This document shows, one piece after another, positions 12,470-25,056 of a stretch of 64,000 nt of DNA. Location: NCBI RefSeq assembly GCF_963921235.1, contig NC_086097.1:183894001-183958000 (forward strand), in the 5' to 3' direction. The DNA is from Mobula hypostoma (taxonomy: Eukaryota). Numbering within the stretch: the first letter of the stretch is position 1; every line of letters begins with the position of its first letter. A program made the position numbers and the translations under genes. The notes below the pieces were generated by a model. It saw nothing but the letters and a program-made list of their open reading frames with translations, searched no databases and was not told the origin of the DNA.

Positions 12470-13640
12470 GAATAGGCTCACAGTACAAAGGTAGGTAAGA
12501 GAGTAATCTGAAAAGTACATAGGGAGGCTACAAAAGAATATAGATAGATTAAATCAGTGGGTAATAATGTGGCAAGTATAATATGAAATACATGTCAAAT
12601 TACCTACTTTGATAAAAAAAATTAAATGTTAAATATTATCGAAATAGGGTTGGAGATTACTAATGTTGGTGATACAGCTGAGTTTGAATGTCCCAGGAGA
12701 TAATGCATAAAAGGCAAGTATACAGGTACAGCTAGGAATTATGAAAGCTTATGATGAGAGGTATTGATTGTGTGGATAGTCAGAGGCTTTTTCCCGGGGC
12801 TGAAACGGCTAGCACAAGAGGGCACAGTTTTAAGGTGCTTGGAAGTAGGTACAGAGGAGATGTTAGGGGTAATTATTTTTACGCAGAGAGTGGTGAGTGT
12901 GTGGAATGGGCTGCCGGTGATGGTGGTGGAGGCAGATACATCAGGGTCTTTTAAGAGACTCCTGGATAGGTACATGGAGCTTAGAAAAATAGAGGGCTAT
13001 GGGTAAGACTGGGTAATTTCTAAAGTAAGTACATGTTCGGCACAGCTTTGTGGGCCAAAGGGTCTGTATTGTGCTGTAGGTTTTCTATGTTTCTAAATAT
13101 TATTATTTATTGCATGGGGAATTAAAATCAAAATGCCTGGCTTAGGGCTTTTAGTGAAATTTCAAATGGAGTACTGTGTACATTATTAGTTCCTTTATTT
13201 AAGAAAGGATATTAATGCAGCACAGAGAAGGTTTTCTCAACAAATACTCAAAATGGCTCAGTTGCCTTGTGATGAAAGTTGGAGAGCCTGAATTTGTATC
13301 TGCTAGAAATAAGAAAGGTGACTTGACAGAATTAAATAAGATCCTGTGGGGTGTTGACAGGATATGCGTGGAGAGGATGTTTTCTCTTACAGAAAAATCT
13401 AAATCTGACAGCTGTTCAAGACACCCACTTACTGTAAGACAGAAATTAACCGATTTTTTTTTCTTGGGGATTTCTTCTTCACAGGGTGGTGGAAGCAGCA
13501 TCTTTGAATATTTTTAAGGCAGAGATAGATTATTTTTAAGAAAGTGGTTTTAAATATTCTATGCTGTGAGGGGCTGCAGGCCATTCCATCTTCAGTTATG
13601 ATTTTATTAAACAACAGGTAGGCTTGAGGGGGTCTGATAT
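12470..13640 (+). mobile_element. Old degraded CR1 3' half, split by a younger CR1 at 12750-13095
   Basis: Eroded IDRLNQW...WQ and KGDLTELNKILWGVDR motifs on either side of the insert. Confidence 0.6.
12750..13095 (+). mobile_element. Young CR1 3' end
   Basis: MMRGIDCVDSQRLFP...RVVSVWNGLP; TTTTCTATGTTTCTA tail; same subfamily as 63845-64000. Confidence 0.88.
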
Positions 13641-14509
13641 CCTAGGGTTTCTCATAATTTGTACATAGGTATATTTGTGTGCCTATCCTATCTGATCTAA
13701 TTCAGACTCTAACCATGCTTCTTATTGTACTCTGTAAATAGAGCAGCAAGCTATTCTGTTGTGGATGGGCAATGAATATTGGCTTACCCACCAATGCCCA
13801 CCTACCAACAGATGAATAAAGGGAGATGCATTGAGGAATTCCTCAGGGAGTGGCAGTGAACCTTTGGTTCATGAATCTGTTCTGGTCTCTCAGGATGACT
13901 GCATTCATCCTGGGGTCCTGATGTTGCCTGCTGGTAAGTCCAGGCCACTGCTTCTGGCAAAGGGGCACAGGTCAAAGCTGGACCTTCTGAGCTGAGAGCT
14001 GCTTGAGGTCATCTATTTCCTTCACTGAAAGTTTACAGTAAATCTCCCGTATTGCTGTCTCCTGGGGTGAACAGCACAGGAGCACTGTGACAAGCACAGG
14101 CAAGCATTAAGGAAACAGAATGCTGGTTGCATTCCATCCATTTCACAACTCCTGAGGTAGACGAGGGGTCTCAACCACACCAGTCAGGTCATCAAGGTAT
14201 AAGAAAATTCATTTTGTGTAGTTCCCCTTATACATGAGTCTCAATAGTGCTGATTTTGTTATTGCCAGGTTCAAAAAACAGTTTCTTGGTTGTACTTTTA
14301 CATTATGAGCAAAATCATTGTTTAGCCCCATTATGGTTCTGATTTAAATTATTTTCTTACTGGCATTTACAGATTGTAATCTTGCCCTGTCACTTTTGAT
14401 ATCTAGCCCAGAGTAAAAAATAGTTGAGCCCTCTCTTGCTGTTTTTACCAATTTTACGAGAAGTAAGTTGGCACAGATATTATATTTTCATATTTCACTC
14501 TGTGTTCAG

Positions 14510-14860
14510 ACTTACACAGAGGCCATTTGACATCCAATCCAGGCCAGCTCTTGGAATATATCCATCAATCCAATTGACTCATGCTGTCCCAAATACCATT
14601 CTCTCACACATACCTATCAACAAACCTCCTAATTCTCTTACTGGTCTCCCTACATGAGGAGCAATTGACAGCACTGAATTCACCTAACAGCATGCACATC
14701 TTTGGATGTGAGAGGAAACCAGAGCCCATACTGTAAGGAAATGCACACTGTCACAAAGAGAACATACAAGCTCTAATTAGACAATGTCAGAGGTCAGTCT
14801 CGAACCAGGGCTGTTGGAGCTGGGAGGTGCTGCACCATCTGCAGCATCACTGCACTGCAA
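14510..14860 (-). mobile_element. Degraded HE1/V-SINE-like element
   Basis: CACATCTTTGGATGTGAGAGGAAACCAGAG V-domain core; eroded B-box (CTCGAACC) near 14800. Confidence 0.6.
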
Positions 14861-15023
14861 GTTTCAGCTGATCAATTGCCACTGAACTGGCAACTTCATC
14901 CAGTGATAACATAAGGATGTCTCTGGTGAGAGAAGAGTAAATGTTAGGCACAAAGCAGAGTGGTTTTATTTTCACCTTTGACAGTGAAGATACTGGATTG
15001 GCTTGCTCAAGTCTGCATTGAAG

Positions 15024-15285
15024 TTTTTCTTAGCGCGTCGCACCAGACTGTCGGCCATTCTCGTCTGGTATGTGGTGTCAGGATTGGTCTCCTTTCGGAT
15101 TAACCGGGTCACGATATGAACACTCCTGACTCGACCCTTGTATTTTTTATGAGGCCGAGTGGCTAGCTCGACGCTCAACCCAGCCCAGATGGAAAGCGTG
15201 CTCGGGGGGTGGCCTGACCTGGATTCGAACTCGGGAGCCTTCGCTCTGGAGTCCGGTGCTGATGCCATTGCGCCACCAGCCGGCC
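15024..15285 (-). mobile_element. tRNA-derived SINE
   Basis: Minus strand starts GGCCGGCTGGTGGCGCAATGG (A box) ... GAGTTCGAATCC (B box); A-rich 3' end; possible imperfect TTGAAGT TSD. Confidence 0.85.
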
Positions 15286-15639
15286 AATTTGAAGTCAATA
15301 GATGGGAAAGTTGAGCGAGTTGCTTAACAAGCAGGTCCCGGCTATGATGATGACCCATGGGTGATGACCTGTGGGTTATGATACTCGGTGATTCAGCGCC
15401 CACAACAATCTGTGACAGAGCATTCTAGACACTTACAATACTCTGAGTAGACTCACATTATTGTTTTAAACATCTGTCTCTTATCCTAAGTGTAGCCATT
15501 AGTTCTGGCTTCTTCAGCCTAGCGATCAGCCTCTCGGTATCTATCAACCAAATCCTTTTCAGAGTTTTGTATGCTTTAATGTTCTAATTCAAGTATCAGC
15601 AAATATTATTTAATCTTTTGTCAGAGAAAGGAAAAACTT

Positions 15640-16895
15640 AGACCATAAAACCATAAGACATAAGAGCAGAATTAGGCCATTCAGCCCTTCAAGTCTGCGC
15701 CACTATTTCATTATGGCTGATCCCAGATCCTATTCAACCCCACACACGTACCCTCTCATTATATCCCTTGACACCCTGACCAATCAGGAATCTATCAACT
15801 TTCACTTTAAATATACCCAGGCACTTGGCCTCCACCACAGTCTGTGGCAGAATATTCCACAGATTCACCACTCTTTGGCTAAAAACAGTCCTCATTACTT
15901 CTGTTCTAAAAGGTCACCCCTCAGTTTTGAGGCTGTGCTCTTTAGTTCTGGATACCCCCACCAGGGGGAACATCCTCTCCACATCCACTTTATCTAATCC
16001 TCTCAACATTCAGTAGGTTTCAATGAGGTCTCCACCACACCCCTCCCACATTCTTCTAAATTCCAGTGACTATAGGCCCAAAGCTGCCAAACGCTCCTCA
16101 TATGTTAATCCTTTCATTGCTGGAATCATCCTCATGAACCTCATCTGGACTCTCTCCAATGACAATACATCCTTTCTGAGATATGGGGCCCAGAACTGTT
16201 GACAATACTCCAAGTCCAACCTGACTAGGGTCTTATAAAGCTTCAGCATTATCTCCTTGTTTTTACATTCTACTCCCCCTGAAATAAATGCCAACATTGC
16301 TTTTACCTTTTTTACCATGGACTCAACCTGTGAATTACCCTCTGGGAGTCTTGCACAAGGACTCCTAAGTCCCTTTGCACCTCTGATGTTTAAATTTTCT
16401 CTCCACTTAGATAATAGTCTGCATTATTGTTCCTTTTACCAAAATGCATTATCATACATTTCCCAACACTGTATTCCATCTGCCACTTTTTTGCCCATTC
16501 TTCCAATTTGTCTAAATCCTGCTGCAATTGCATTACTTCCTCAGCACTGCCTACCCCTCCACCTATCTTCGCATCATCCGCAAACTTTGCCGCAAAGCCA
16601 TTAATTTCACTATCTAATTCATTGACAAACAATGTGAAAAGTAGAGGTCCCAATACTGACCCCTGAGGAACACCAGTAGTCACTGGCAGCCAACCAGAAA
16701 AGGCCTCCTTTATTCCCACTCGCTGCCTCCTTCCTGTTAGCCGTTCGTCCATGCATGCCTGTATATTTCCTGTAACACGATAGGAATTTATCTTATTAAG
16801 CAGCCCCATGTGAGGCACCTTATCAAATGCCTTCAGAAAATCTAAGTAAATGACATCTATTACCTCTCCTTTGTCCACTCTGCTTGTTACTTCTC
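15640..16895 (-). mobile_element. CR1 LINE, 5'-truncated (RT to tail), nested in an older CR1 relic (~15400-17050)
   Basis: ORFs 16390-16878 ([13 protein letters not shown]...[13 protein letters not shown]...KFADDAK) and 16070-16318; ACCATAAAACCATAAGACATAAG tail. Confidence 0.92.
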
Positions 16896-17544
16896 AAGAA
16901 TCTGTCTTGTGAAACTATTCTGCTCTACTTTGAAATAACCTGTACTCTTTATGAAGAACAGAAACCAAAACTACGCACAGTATTCCAGTCAGGGAATTAC
17001 TAAAGTCTCTACAGTTGCAGCAAAATATCCTCATTCTTGGATTCTTTTACCATTATACCCATTAAACAATGCCATGGCATTTAGTACAATAGTGAAAATT
17101 TATTAATAGACTTGCCTATTAATCTCTTTTCACACAATTGCAAAGTAATGTTATTTTATTGTAATGTGTTAAACATGCGCATTAATGAATATGTAACTGA
17201 GCATGACTTTTACTGTAAATGAATGTTTGAGCCTTAAAGTATCTTCCTCACCGCTGATGCAAATTCACATATAACAGCTTAGAGTATCAGCATAGCAGCA
17301 AATCCCTTCCTTGTATTCATTCTACTTCTCCTTCACCAGCACTCTAGCAGTCCTTTACAATCTCTACCTCATTGCAGGAGTGCAGTCCTATCTGTTGTGT
17401 CAATGTCCAATAAATATCATTCATTTCTCTCAGTAGATGCTTCCTGACCCACTGAGTTCCTCCAGAAGTTTGTTTCAATTCTCTGTATTTCAGCATGTGC
17501 ACTCCCATTAGTCTGTTGTAGATCAGCAAGAGGGAAGACAGAAA

Positions 17545-17583
17545 GAGAGGGAGGGAGGGAGGGAGAGAGAGAGAGAGAGAGAG
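17545..17583. repeat. (GGGA)n/(GA)n microsatellite
   Basis: Direct inspection. Confidence 0.9.
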
Positions 17584-17909
17584 GAGTTTGCGCAGAGACA
17601 ATGAGAGTATTACTCTATTTAAGGTAACTATTCTATCATGCAAGTAATAATTATATGCCTGACCTTTCAAATTTATTTTCTTCCTACTCCTACATGTTCT
17701 AGAGTTCTGATTTGGTCACTTTGAAGAAAATATGACATATTAGATGTTGGCTGATCCTCTATAGAGATTAGCTATCATTCTCAGACACTACATTTAAATG
17801 TACTTCTTGTACTGATTAGCGTTCAGCAAGTTCTGCTGTGCAAATATCGATTCCCACCGTTATCTTAACTGTACCATACCTCTTCACATCAAGAGTCCGG
17901 TAAAAATAC

Positions 17910-18270
17910 TATTTGATAGAGGTATACAAAATTATAAGGGTTATATATAGGGTAAATACAAGCAGGCTTTTTTCCACTGATATTGGGTGGGACTACAACC
18001 AGATGGATTAGGGGAGAAAGTTTAAGGGGAGCATGAGGGGAAACTTCACTCAGAGGGTGGGGGAGTGTGCAATCAGCTGCCAGCATAAGTGGTACAAGTG
18101 AGCTCGATTTCAATACTTAAGCGAAGTCCAGATAGGTACATGGATGGTAGGGGTATGGAGGGCTATGGTTCCAGTGCTGGTCAATGGGAGTAGGCAGTTT
18201 AAATGTTTTTGGCATGAACACGATGGGCCAAAGTGCCTTTCTCTGTGCTGTACTTTTATATGATTCTATT
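17910..18270 (+). mobile_element. CR1 3' fragment
   Basis: LIEVYKIIRV..RVNTSRLFPL; tail TTTTATATGATTCTATT. Confidence 0.8.
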
Positions 18271-18289
18271 CCTTTTTTTAGTTTCTTCG

Positions 18290-21200
18290 TAGTCACTGCG
18301 TTTGTTCCCGAGATGAAGCTTTACTTTCCAGGACATCAGAGATTTCTTCCTTCTTCAAAGAACAGGGTTTCCCTTCCTCCAACACTGATGCTGACATCAT
18401 CCGCATCTCCTCCATTTCCCAAGCATTTGCGCTCACATCTTCCAGCCTTAACGTGAATAGAGTTCCTGTTCTCATCTACCTCTCCATGAGCCTCCAAATC
18501 CAACACATCATTCTCTGCAACCTCCACCATCTTCAAAGGGATTATTCCACCCAAACACATCCTTACCTTCCCCCCAACTCAATCTCTACTTTCCACAGGG
18601 ATTGCTCTCTCTGAGACTCCATTGTCCATTCATCCCTTCCCACTAATCTCCCTCCTGGTAAATAATCCTGCAAATGACAGAAATGGTACATCTTTGTCAT
18701 CTCCCTTCAGGAGCCCAAATAGTCCTTCCAGGTGAGGCAACACCTCACCTGTGAATCTGTTGGGGTTCTCTGTTGTATCTGGTGGTCCTGATGCTGTAAG
18801 TTTTCACATATAAAACGACTGAGGTGTTCCATGTTTAGGAAAACAATAGCAACTCATTTATTGAACACCAAAAAAAAGCTGAACACAATGTACACTAAAA
18901 CTCTTTACATAACCACATTATCATATCAGGCCAGCTTCTTACAGCGAACCCTTAACTCATTGTCAGTGGTGGTGAATTATGTACATTTCCTCTAATTGCA
19001 TTACCCTACACAGCCACCCCAGAGTTCACTAAAACCCGGCATTGTGAGCCTGTCCAGAGCTCGGACGAGCCGCCTCGCTCAGGTCCCATGTTCCATGGGT
19101 GGAGGAACAGCAGGTGCCTCTGGCTCATTCCAGAGGTGTGCTAACATTGCCATGGTCATGTCATGATGGCAGAGGCCTGGAGGTGGAATCCTCCAAATCT
19201 TGGTGGGCCAGTTTAAGGGGATCTACAGAAATACATTCACGTTTACCCCTCTTATCTATGATATAAGTCTTATCTCCCTGTTCCAAAATATGGACCAGGC
19301 CATTGTAAGGGGGCCGAAAGGAATGTTGGTGTGCACCATGGTGGTAAAAAACAAATGAGGGGGAACGTGGGTCAACAGGAATTCACATTGGGAGGTGCAT
19401 GCGCTTGGCAGAGTCATTGTGGGAAACTTACTGGGGGAGCAGGGTAACAACCCAAAGTCCCTGATAGCCACAAGCTGGCAGGTTTAAGATTGACTAATAG
19501 TCCTTGGGCACACAGGAAACCTTCACTGAGCAAAGGTCCAGCCACTTTGGCCAAGATGAAGTCTCATGTGTGATGTTGCTCACTGAAATAGAGTGTCACC
19601 TGTGTTGTCCTGCAAGTCTGGATCCTGCTGCCATTGGCTGTCTCCAGCAAGTTTTCATCGCTCTTTGCTAGCTCATCAACAGGTGATGCTGGCAACACAC
19701 TCACCTGAGCCCCCATGTCATATATGGACCATCGTCCTGAAAGGGCATCTGTAATGAACAGTAGACGACCCTGGCAGGGAACTGATGGTTTTCACAGACC
19801 TCTGATGTCCTGATACGCTGACACTGTCAAGCTACAAGGTGATTGGCACTTCCTAGCATTCATACCATACCAAAGTGAATGTGGAATGAGGTAAAAAATA
19901 TGGTACCTCTTCCTAGAGATGTTGCGTTCACCAGCAACTTTGATGGGTGTTGCAAAAAATATGGTTGTCTGTTTTGCAGCCGCGGGTGTCCTAATGCTGG
20001 GAGCCTTGGTGATTGGGGTTATTGAGCCAAAGAGTGGATGAGGAACACTGCAGCACTGGATGGCTGTCAGCCATTTTAGCAAGCTCCCTATGATCCTTCA
20101 TGGGTGCATTAGCGAGGGCTCTACGAACCTGATCAGACGTTTGCTGCATGAAGACTTCTTTAGAAATAAAACAAGGATGGCGATTTTCCAGGAGAGACAG
20201 CACGTGGTCCATTAGCTCCAAAAGCTTACTATCGCCAAGGTCGGGCAACTGTTTGGTGCACTCAGACTCTGACAGTCCAAAAGTCTGTAAAAGCTGAGTT
20301 TCCAGCTATCGGTATTTATCATGTTCAGGCAGGTCTTCCAGTTGGCTCATCATTCTCGCAGCCAAGGAGTTACTGGCTGATGCTATAACATAGAAATATT
20401 TGGTATTGGTGGTGGTGGTGATCTCTCACAACGTGAATTGGCTTGTACAAATCAAGCAACAACACTTTGCTCCCCGAACTTCGATAATATCAAAGCGATT
20501 GCATTGGCTGACATATTCAATATCTCTGGAGTTGTCCGAGAGCATCGGGGTCACCAATATAAGTTTTCACAAATAAAATGGTGGAGGCTTTTTATGTTTA
20601 GGGAAACCATAGCAGCTCATTAATTGAACACCACAAAAAAACTTGACACAAAGCGCACTAAAACCCTTTATGTAATTATGTCATCACGACAGATTAGCCT
20701 CTTAAAGTGAACTCCTATCTCATCGTCAGTGGTCGTGAATTGCGTACATTTCCACCAATTATGTTACCCTACAATGTGGTCTCTACATTGGTGAGACCTG
20801 ACGTAAATATCGAGCACCTCCGCTGCATCCATCAGAAGCGGAATTTGCTGGTGCCCAACCATTTAAATTCCTATCCCCGTTTCCAATCTGACATGTCAGA
20901 CCATGGCCGCCTCTTTTGACACCTTCAGAGCACTCTCAGGATGGAATAGCAACACCTCATATTCCATCTAGTAGCCTACAACCTGATAGCATTGATTTCT
21001 CCTTCTGATATTTTTTTCCTTTTTTTTCTTTTCTCCTCACTTTCCCTCTTCTTCTCATATCTCTACCTCTTACCTAACACCACTCCCTGGTGCCTCTCCT
21101 TCTTCCTCTTTTCCCATGGTCCGCTCTCCTCTCATATCAAATTCCTTCTTCTCCATCCTGTACTTTTCCCACCCATCTGACATCACCAATCTATTTTGAA

Positions 21201-21385
21201 CGTCCTCCTTCCTTTGCCGCCCAGCATTTTATTCTAGTGGCTTCCCCCTTCTTTTCCAGTCATGATGAAGGGTTTATGCCTAAAGTGTCAACTGTTTATT
21301 CATTTCCATAGATGTGGCCTGACGTGCTGAATTCCTCCAGCACTATTTGTGTGTGTTTCTCTGGTTTTCCAGCACTTCTTGTGTT
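18290..21385 (+). mobile_element. Neptune-type Penelope-like element (RT C-terminus, GIY-YIG, terminal module), split by the Gypsy at 18795-20773
   Basis: Homologous to 37490-38481. Removing the Gypsy restores ...TGGTGGTCCTGATGC/GGTCTCTACATTGGTGAGACC (the C..C.LYIGET region). Degenerate hammerhead at ~21256-21294. Confidence 0.85.
18795..20773 (-). mobile_element. Internally deleted, older Gypsy LTR retrotransposon (same clade as 55838-60035)
   Basis: Two diverged ~216-bp LTRs (18795-19010, 20558-20773); TSD ATGC/ATGT; tRNA-Trp-type PBS TGGTGACCCCGA at 20545-20556; gag relic (MDHVLSLLENRHPCF), protease relic (DMGAQVSVLP...ANGSRIQT), integrase tail; no RT/RH seen. Confidence 0.88.
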
Positions 21386-21444
21386 TTAAATATTCTCCAA
21401 GTTCAACATGGACTAAATGCCACTGATAGTTAAAACAGGAATGA

Positions 21445-22934
21445 ATGGCAGAAATATTTAAAATGTCGCTGTCTACGGGTGAGGTGCCGGAGGATTGGAG
21501 AGTGGCTCATGTTGTTCCGTTGTTTAAAAAAGGATCGAAAAGTAATCCGGGAAATTATAGGCCGGTAAGTTTAACGTCAGTAGTAGGTAAGTTATTGGAG
21601 GGAGTACTAAGAGACAGAATCTACAAGCATTTGGATAGACAGGGACTTATGAGGAAGAGTCAACATGGCTTTGTGCGTGGTAGGTCATGTTTGACCAATC
21701 TATTGGAGTTTTTCGAGGAGGTTACCAGGAAAGTGGATGAAGGGAAGGCAGTGGATATTGTCTACATGGACTTCAGTAAGGCCTTTGACAAGGTCCCGCA
21801 TGGGAGGTTAGTTAGGAAAATTCAGTCACTAGGTATACATGGAGAGGTGGTAAATTGGATTAGACATTGGCTCGATGGAAGAAGCCAAAGAGTGGTAGTA
21901 GAGAATTGCTTCTCCGAGTGGAGGCCTGTGACTAGTGGTGTGCCACAGGGATCAGTGCTTGGTCCATTGTTATTTGTCATCTATATCAATGATCTGGATG
22001 ATAATGTGGTAAATTGGATCAGCTGATGATACAAAGATTGGAGGTGTAGTAGACAGTGAGGAAGGTTTTCAGAGCCTGCAGAGGGACTTGGACCAGCTGG
22101 GAAAATGGGCTGAAAAATGGCAGATGGAGTTTAATACAGACAAATGTGAGGTATTGCTCATTGGAAGGACAAACCAAGGTAGAACATACAGGGTTAATGG
22201 TAAGGCACTGAGGAGTGCAGTAGAACAGAGCGATCTGGGAATACAGATACAAAATTCCCTAAAAGTGGTGTCACAGGTAGATAGGGTCGTAAAGAGAGCT
22301 TTTGGTACATTGGCCTTTATTAATCAAAGTATTGAGTATAAGAGCTGGAATGTTATGATGAGGTTGTATAAGGCATTGGCGAGGCCGAATCTGGAGTATT
22401 GTGTTCAGTTTTGGTCACCAAATTACAGGAAGGATATAAATAAGGTTGAAAGAGTGCAGAGAAGGTTTACAAGGATGTTGCCGGGACTTGAGAAACTCAG
22501 TTACAGAGAAAGGTTGAATAGGTTAGGACTTTATTCCCTGAAGTGTAGAAGAATGAGGGGAGATTTGATAGAGGTATATAAAATTATGATGGGTATAGAT
22601 AGAGTGAATGCAAGCAGGCTTTTTCCACTGAGGCACGGGGAGAAAAAAAAACAGAGGACATGGGTTAAGGGTGACAGGGGAAAAGTTTAAAGGGAACATT
22701 AGCGGAGGCTTCTTCGCACAGAGAGTGGTGGGAGTAAGGAATGAGCAGCCAGATGAGGTAGTAAATGCGGGTTCTTTTTTAACATTTAAGAATAAGTTGG
22801 ACAGATACATGGATGGGAGGTGTATGGAGGAATATGGTCCGTGTGCAGGTCAGTGTGGGACTAGGCAGAAAATGGTTCGGCACAGCCAAGAAGGGCCAAG
22901 AGGCCTGTTTTTCTATGGTTTCTATGGTTTCTAA
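21445..22934 (+). mobile_element. Young 5'-truncated CR1 (RT domain), 8-bp deletion at ~22023
   Basis: ORFs 21445-22026 ([10 protein letters not shown]...[13 protein letters not shown]...[10 protein letters not shown]) and 22088-22690; (TTTCTATGG)n tail. Confidence 0.95.
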
Positions 22935-23744
22935 TCACTGAACTGAATAGTTTTTCCACTCTACACCAAATTTACTGGGAGCTTAAATGATTCTTAATTG
23001 TTTCATTACAAAGCACTCTGTTGGTCATCAGTGGTGAACATATACCACATGCAAATTTATTGCACTGTAAGTCCTTTTTTAAATACTAAATCTTCTAACA
23101 TTCTTAACATTATTAAAATAACCTTTAATTGGTTCTGGAATAATGAGGAAGGTAAAAAAAATTGATCTTAACTAACCTTGAACTAAAATTATGGTTTAAC
23201 AATATTGATTAGTAAAATCTTGTTAAAATATTGATCTCGTCATTTTAGTCACGTTTGCAAATTTTAGGCTTGGAGAAGAAATACTTCTCTCATGTGGTAA
23301 TTAAATCATAGAAATTTATGGAAGTATAAATGGAATTTTTATCTTTTACCATAATAAAATATATTCTCTACATGTTCAAAGTTAATGATAGTACTTCCAA
23401 TTAATGTAAATAGTTTCATTGATAAATATCTGACTATTCACTGCATTCATTAATAGTTCTATGGGCATACCACGGAGCAGTGAAAACAACATTACGTGTG
23501 ATTAGAAGGGTATGTGCTCCAGCTCCACTGTAGAGACTTTAACACATAATCTAAGACTGATAGATTGCTGCCTTGAATGAAGAATTAAATTGTATCCCTC
23601 TTTGTCTTTCCAAGTTGATGTTGAAGGTTCTGAGATAATAATTGAAGATAGACATGAGAGTTTGCATGTTATCTGACCCAATATATATTATGTTTATTTT
23701 ATTTTATCCTAAAATATTAGAGCCCATTCATTTGTCTAAGTCAG

Positions 23745-24080
23745 TGCTTGGAGCATTCACATTTTTTTTTGGCGTGTGCCTGCGTGTGTGCAAGTCTGTG
23801 CATGTGTGTGTGTGTGTCCGTGCGTGCATCCGTGATGACGTTTTTTCCATGGCTTTTTACAGGGCGTGGAGGAGCGAGAGAGAGAGAGACTGTGTGATGC
23901 ATCACTCCTCACACAGACATTTTCGCAGTATTGTTCCCTCTATTTTACAAGGTCGAGTTGCAATCTCGGCACTCAGCCCAGCACAGATGGAAAGCATACT
24001 TGGGAGTCCCGACTAGTTTCGAACCCGGGAACCTCCACTCCCGGGTCCGGCGCCGATGTCATTGTGCCACCAGCCAGTCC
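23745..24080 (-). mobile_element. tRNA-derived SINE related to 15024-15285, with a different microsatellite-bearing 3' half
   Basis: GGCTGGTGGCACAATGAC A box and GGGTTCGAAAC B box; shared CTTTCCATCTG..GCTGGG...ACTCG core; (TG)n and (AG)n tracts. Confidence 0.78.
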
Positions 24081-24419
24081 TGGAACATTCAAATTAATCA
24101 CTTTATTACCTCCTAACCTATTCTCTCACATACCCGTCAACATCCTTTTGATTCCTCTGCTAGCCAACTACACTTAGGCATCTTAGGCAATCAATTAACT
24201 TGACACATACTTCTAAGATGGTTGGGAAGAAACCAGAGCACTGACAAAAATGCATATGGAAATGGAGAAGAGGAAACATCCAAAGGCAGCACCCGTAGAG
24301 CTAGCTTGAATGAGCATTTTAGACAGCATGGACCAGATGGGGTGAAGGGCCTGCTTCCATGTTGTATGACTCAATGCCACCTCTCTACCCAGTGTTACCG
24401 TTGATGTATGTCCTACTAT

Positions 24420-24760
24420 GTCTTTATATCAAAGATTCCACTCATGCAATCTGCAAATGTACTCACCAAACTATGAACATCCTCAACCAAATCATTTATA
24501 AATAATAAAAGCAGCAAGGCTCCCGGCACTGATTCCTGTGGTACACTACTTGTTACAGAATTCCATTCAGAGAAACACCAATCTACCACTGTCCTCTGTC
24601 CCTTCTCCTATCACCAAGACAGTTTGCCATCATGCCTCATCTCCCTTGTGCTTTAACTTTTTGGACTAACTACCATGTAGGACCTTGTCAGGAGCCTTAC
24701 TGAACTCAGTGTAAGCATGGCTACCAAACTGTCATCACCAGTTTTCATCATTGTCTCCAC
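24420..24760 (-). mobile_element. Old CR1 RT fragment
   Basis: Reverse complement contains eroded GVPQESVPGALL and FSKAPDKVLHG motifs. Confidence 0.6.
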
Positions 24761-24819
24761 AGGCACATCAAAGGCAGGATGTTAATATTGAACCATAAAT
24801 ACCATTGTAATTCCACAAT

Positions 24820-24975
24820 AGCCTCTCAAATTTCTACAGATGTACTATGGAGAACATTCTAACTGGTTGTATCATCACCTGGTATGGAGCTGCCACTGCA
24901 CAGGATTGGAAAAGGCTGCAGAAAGTTTTGAACTCAGCTAGCTTCATCATGAGCATTACCTTCCCCAACATATAT
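24820..24975 (+). mobile_element. Rex1/Babar fragment
   Basis: MENILTGCIITWYGAATAQDWKRLQKV, homologous to 6452-6931. Confidence 0.75.
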
Positions 24976-25056
24976 AGATACTGTATATGTAGTATATACA
25001 GAGGCATGCAAAAGTTTGGGCACCCCGGTCAAAATTTCTGTTGCTGTGAATAGTTA

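Noticed and set aside
13893..13937. Short AG...GTAAGT-bounded candidate exon
   Set aside because: Only about 40 nt, no recognisable peptide, no partner exons; such splice-like pairs arise by chance.
15215..15285. tRNA gene
   Set aside because: A/B boxes are present, but no convincing acceptor stem and it continues into a repeated SINE body.
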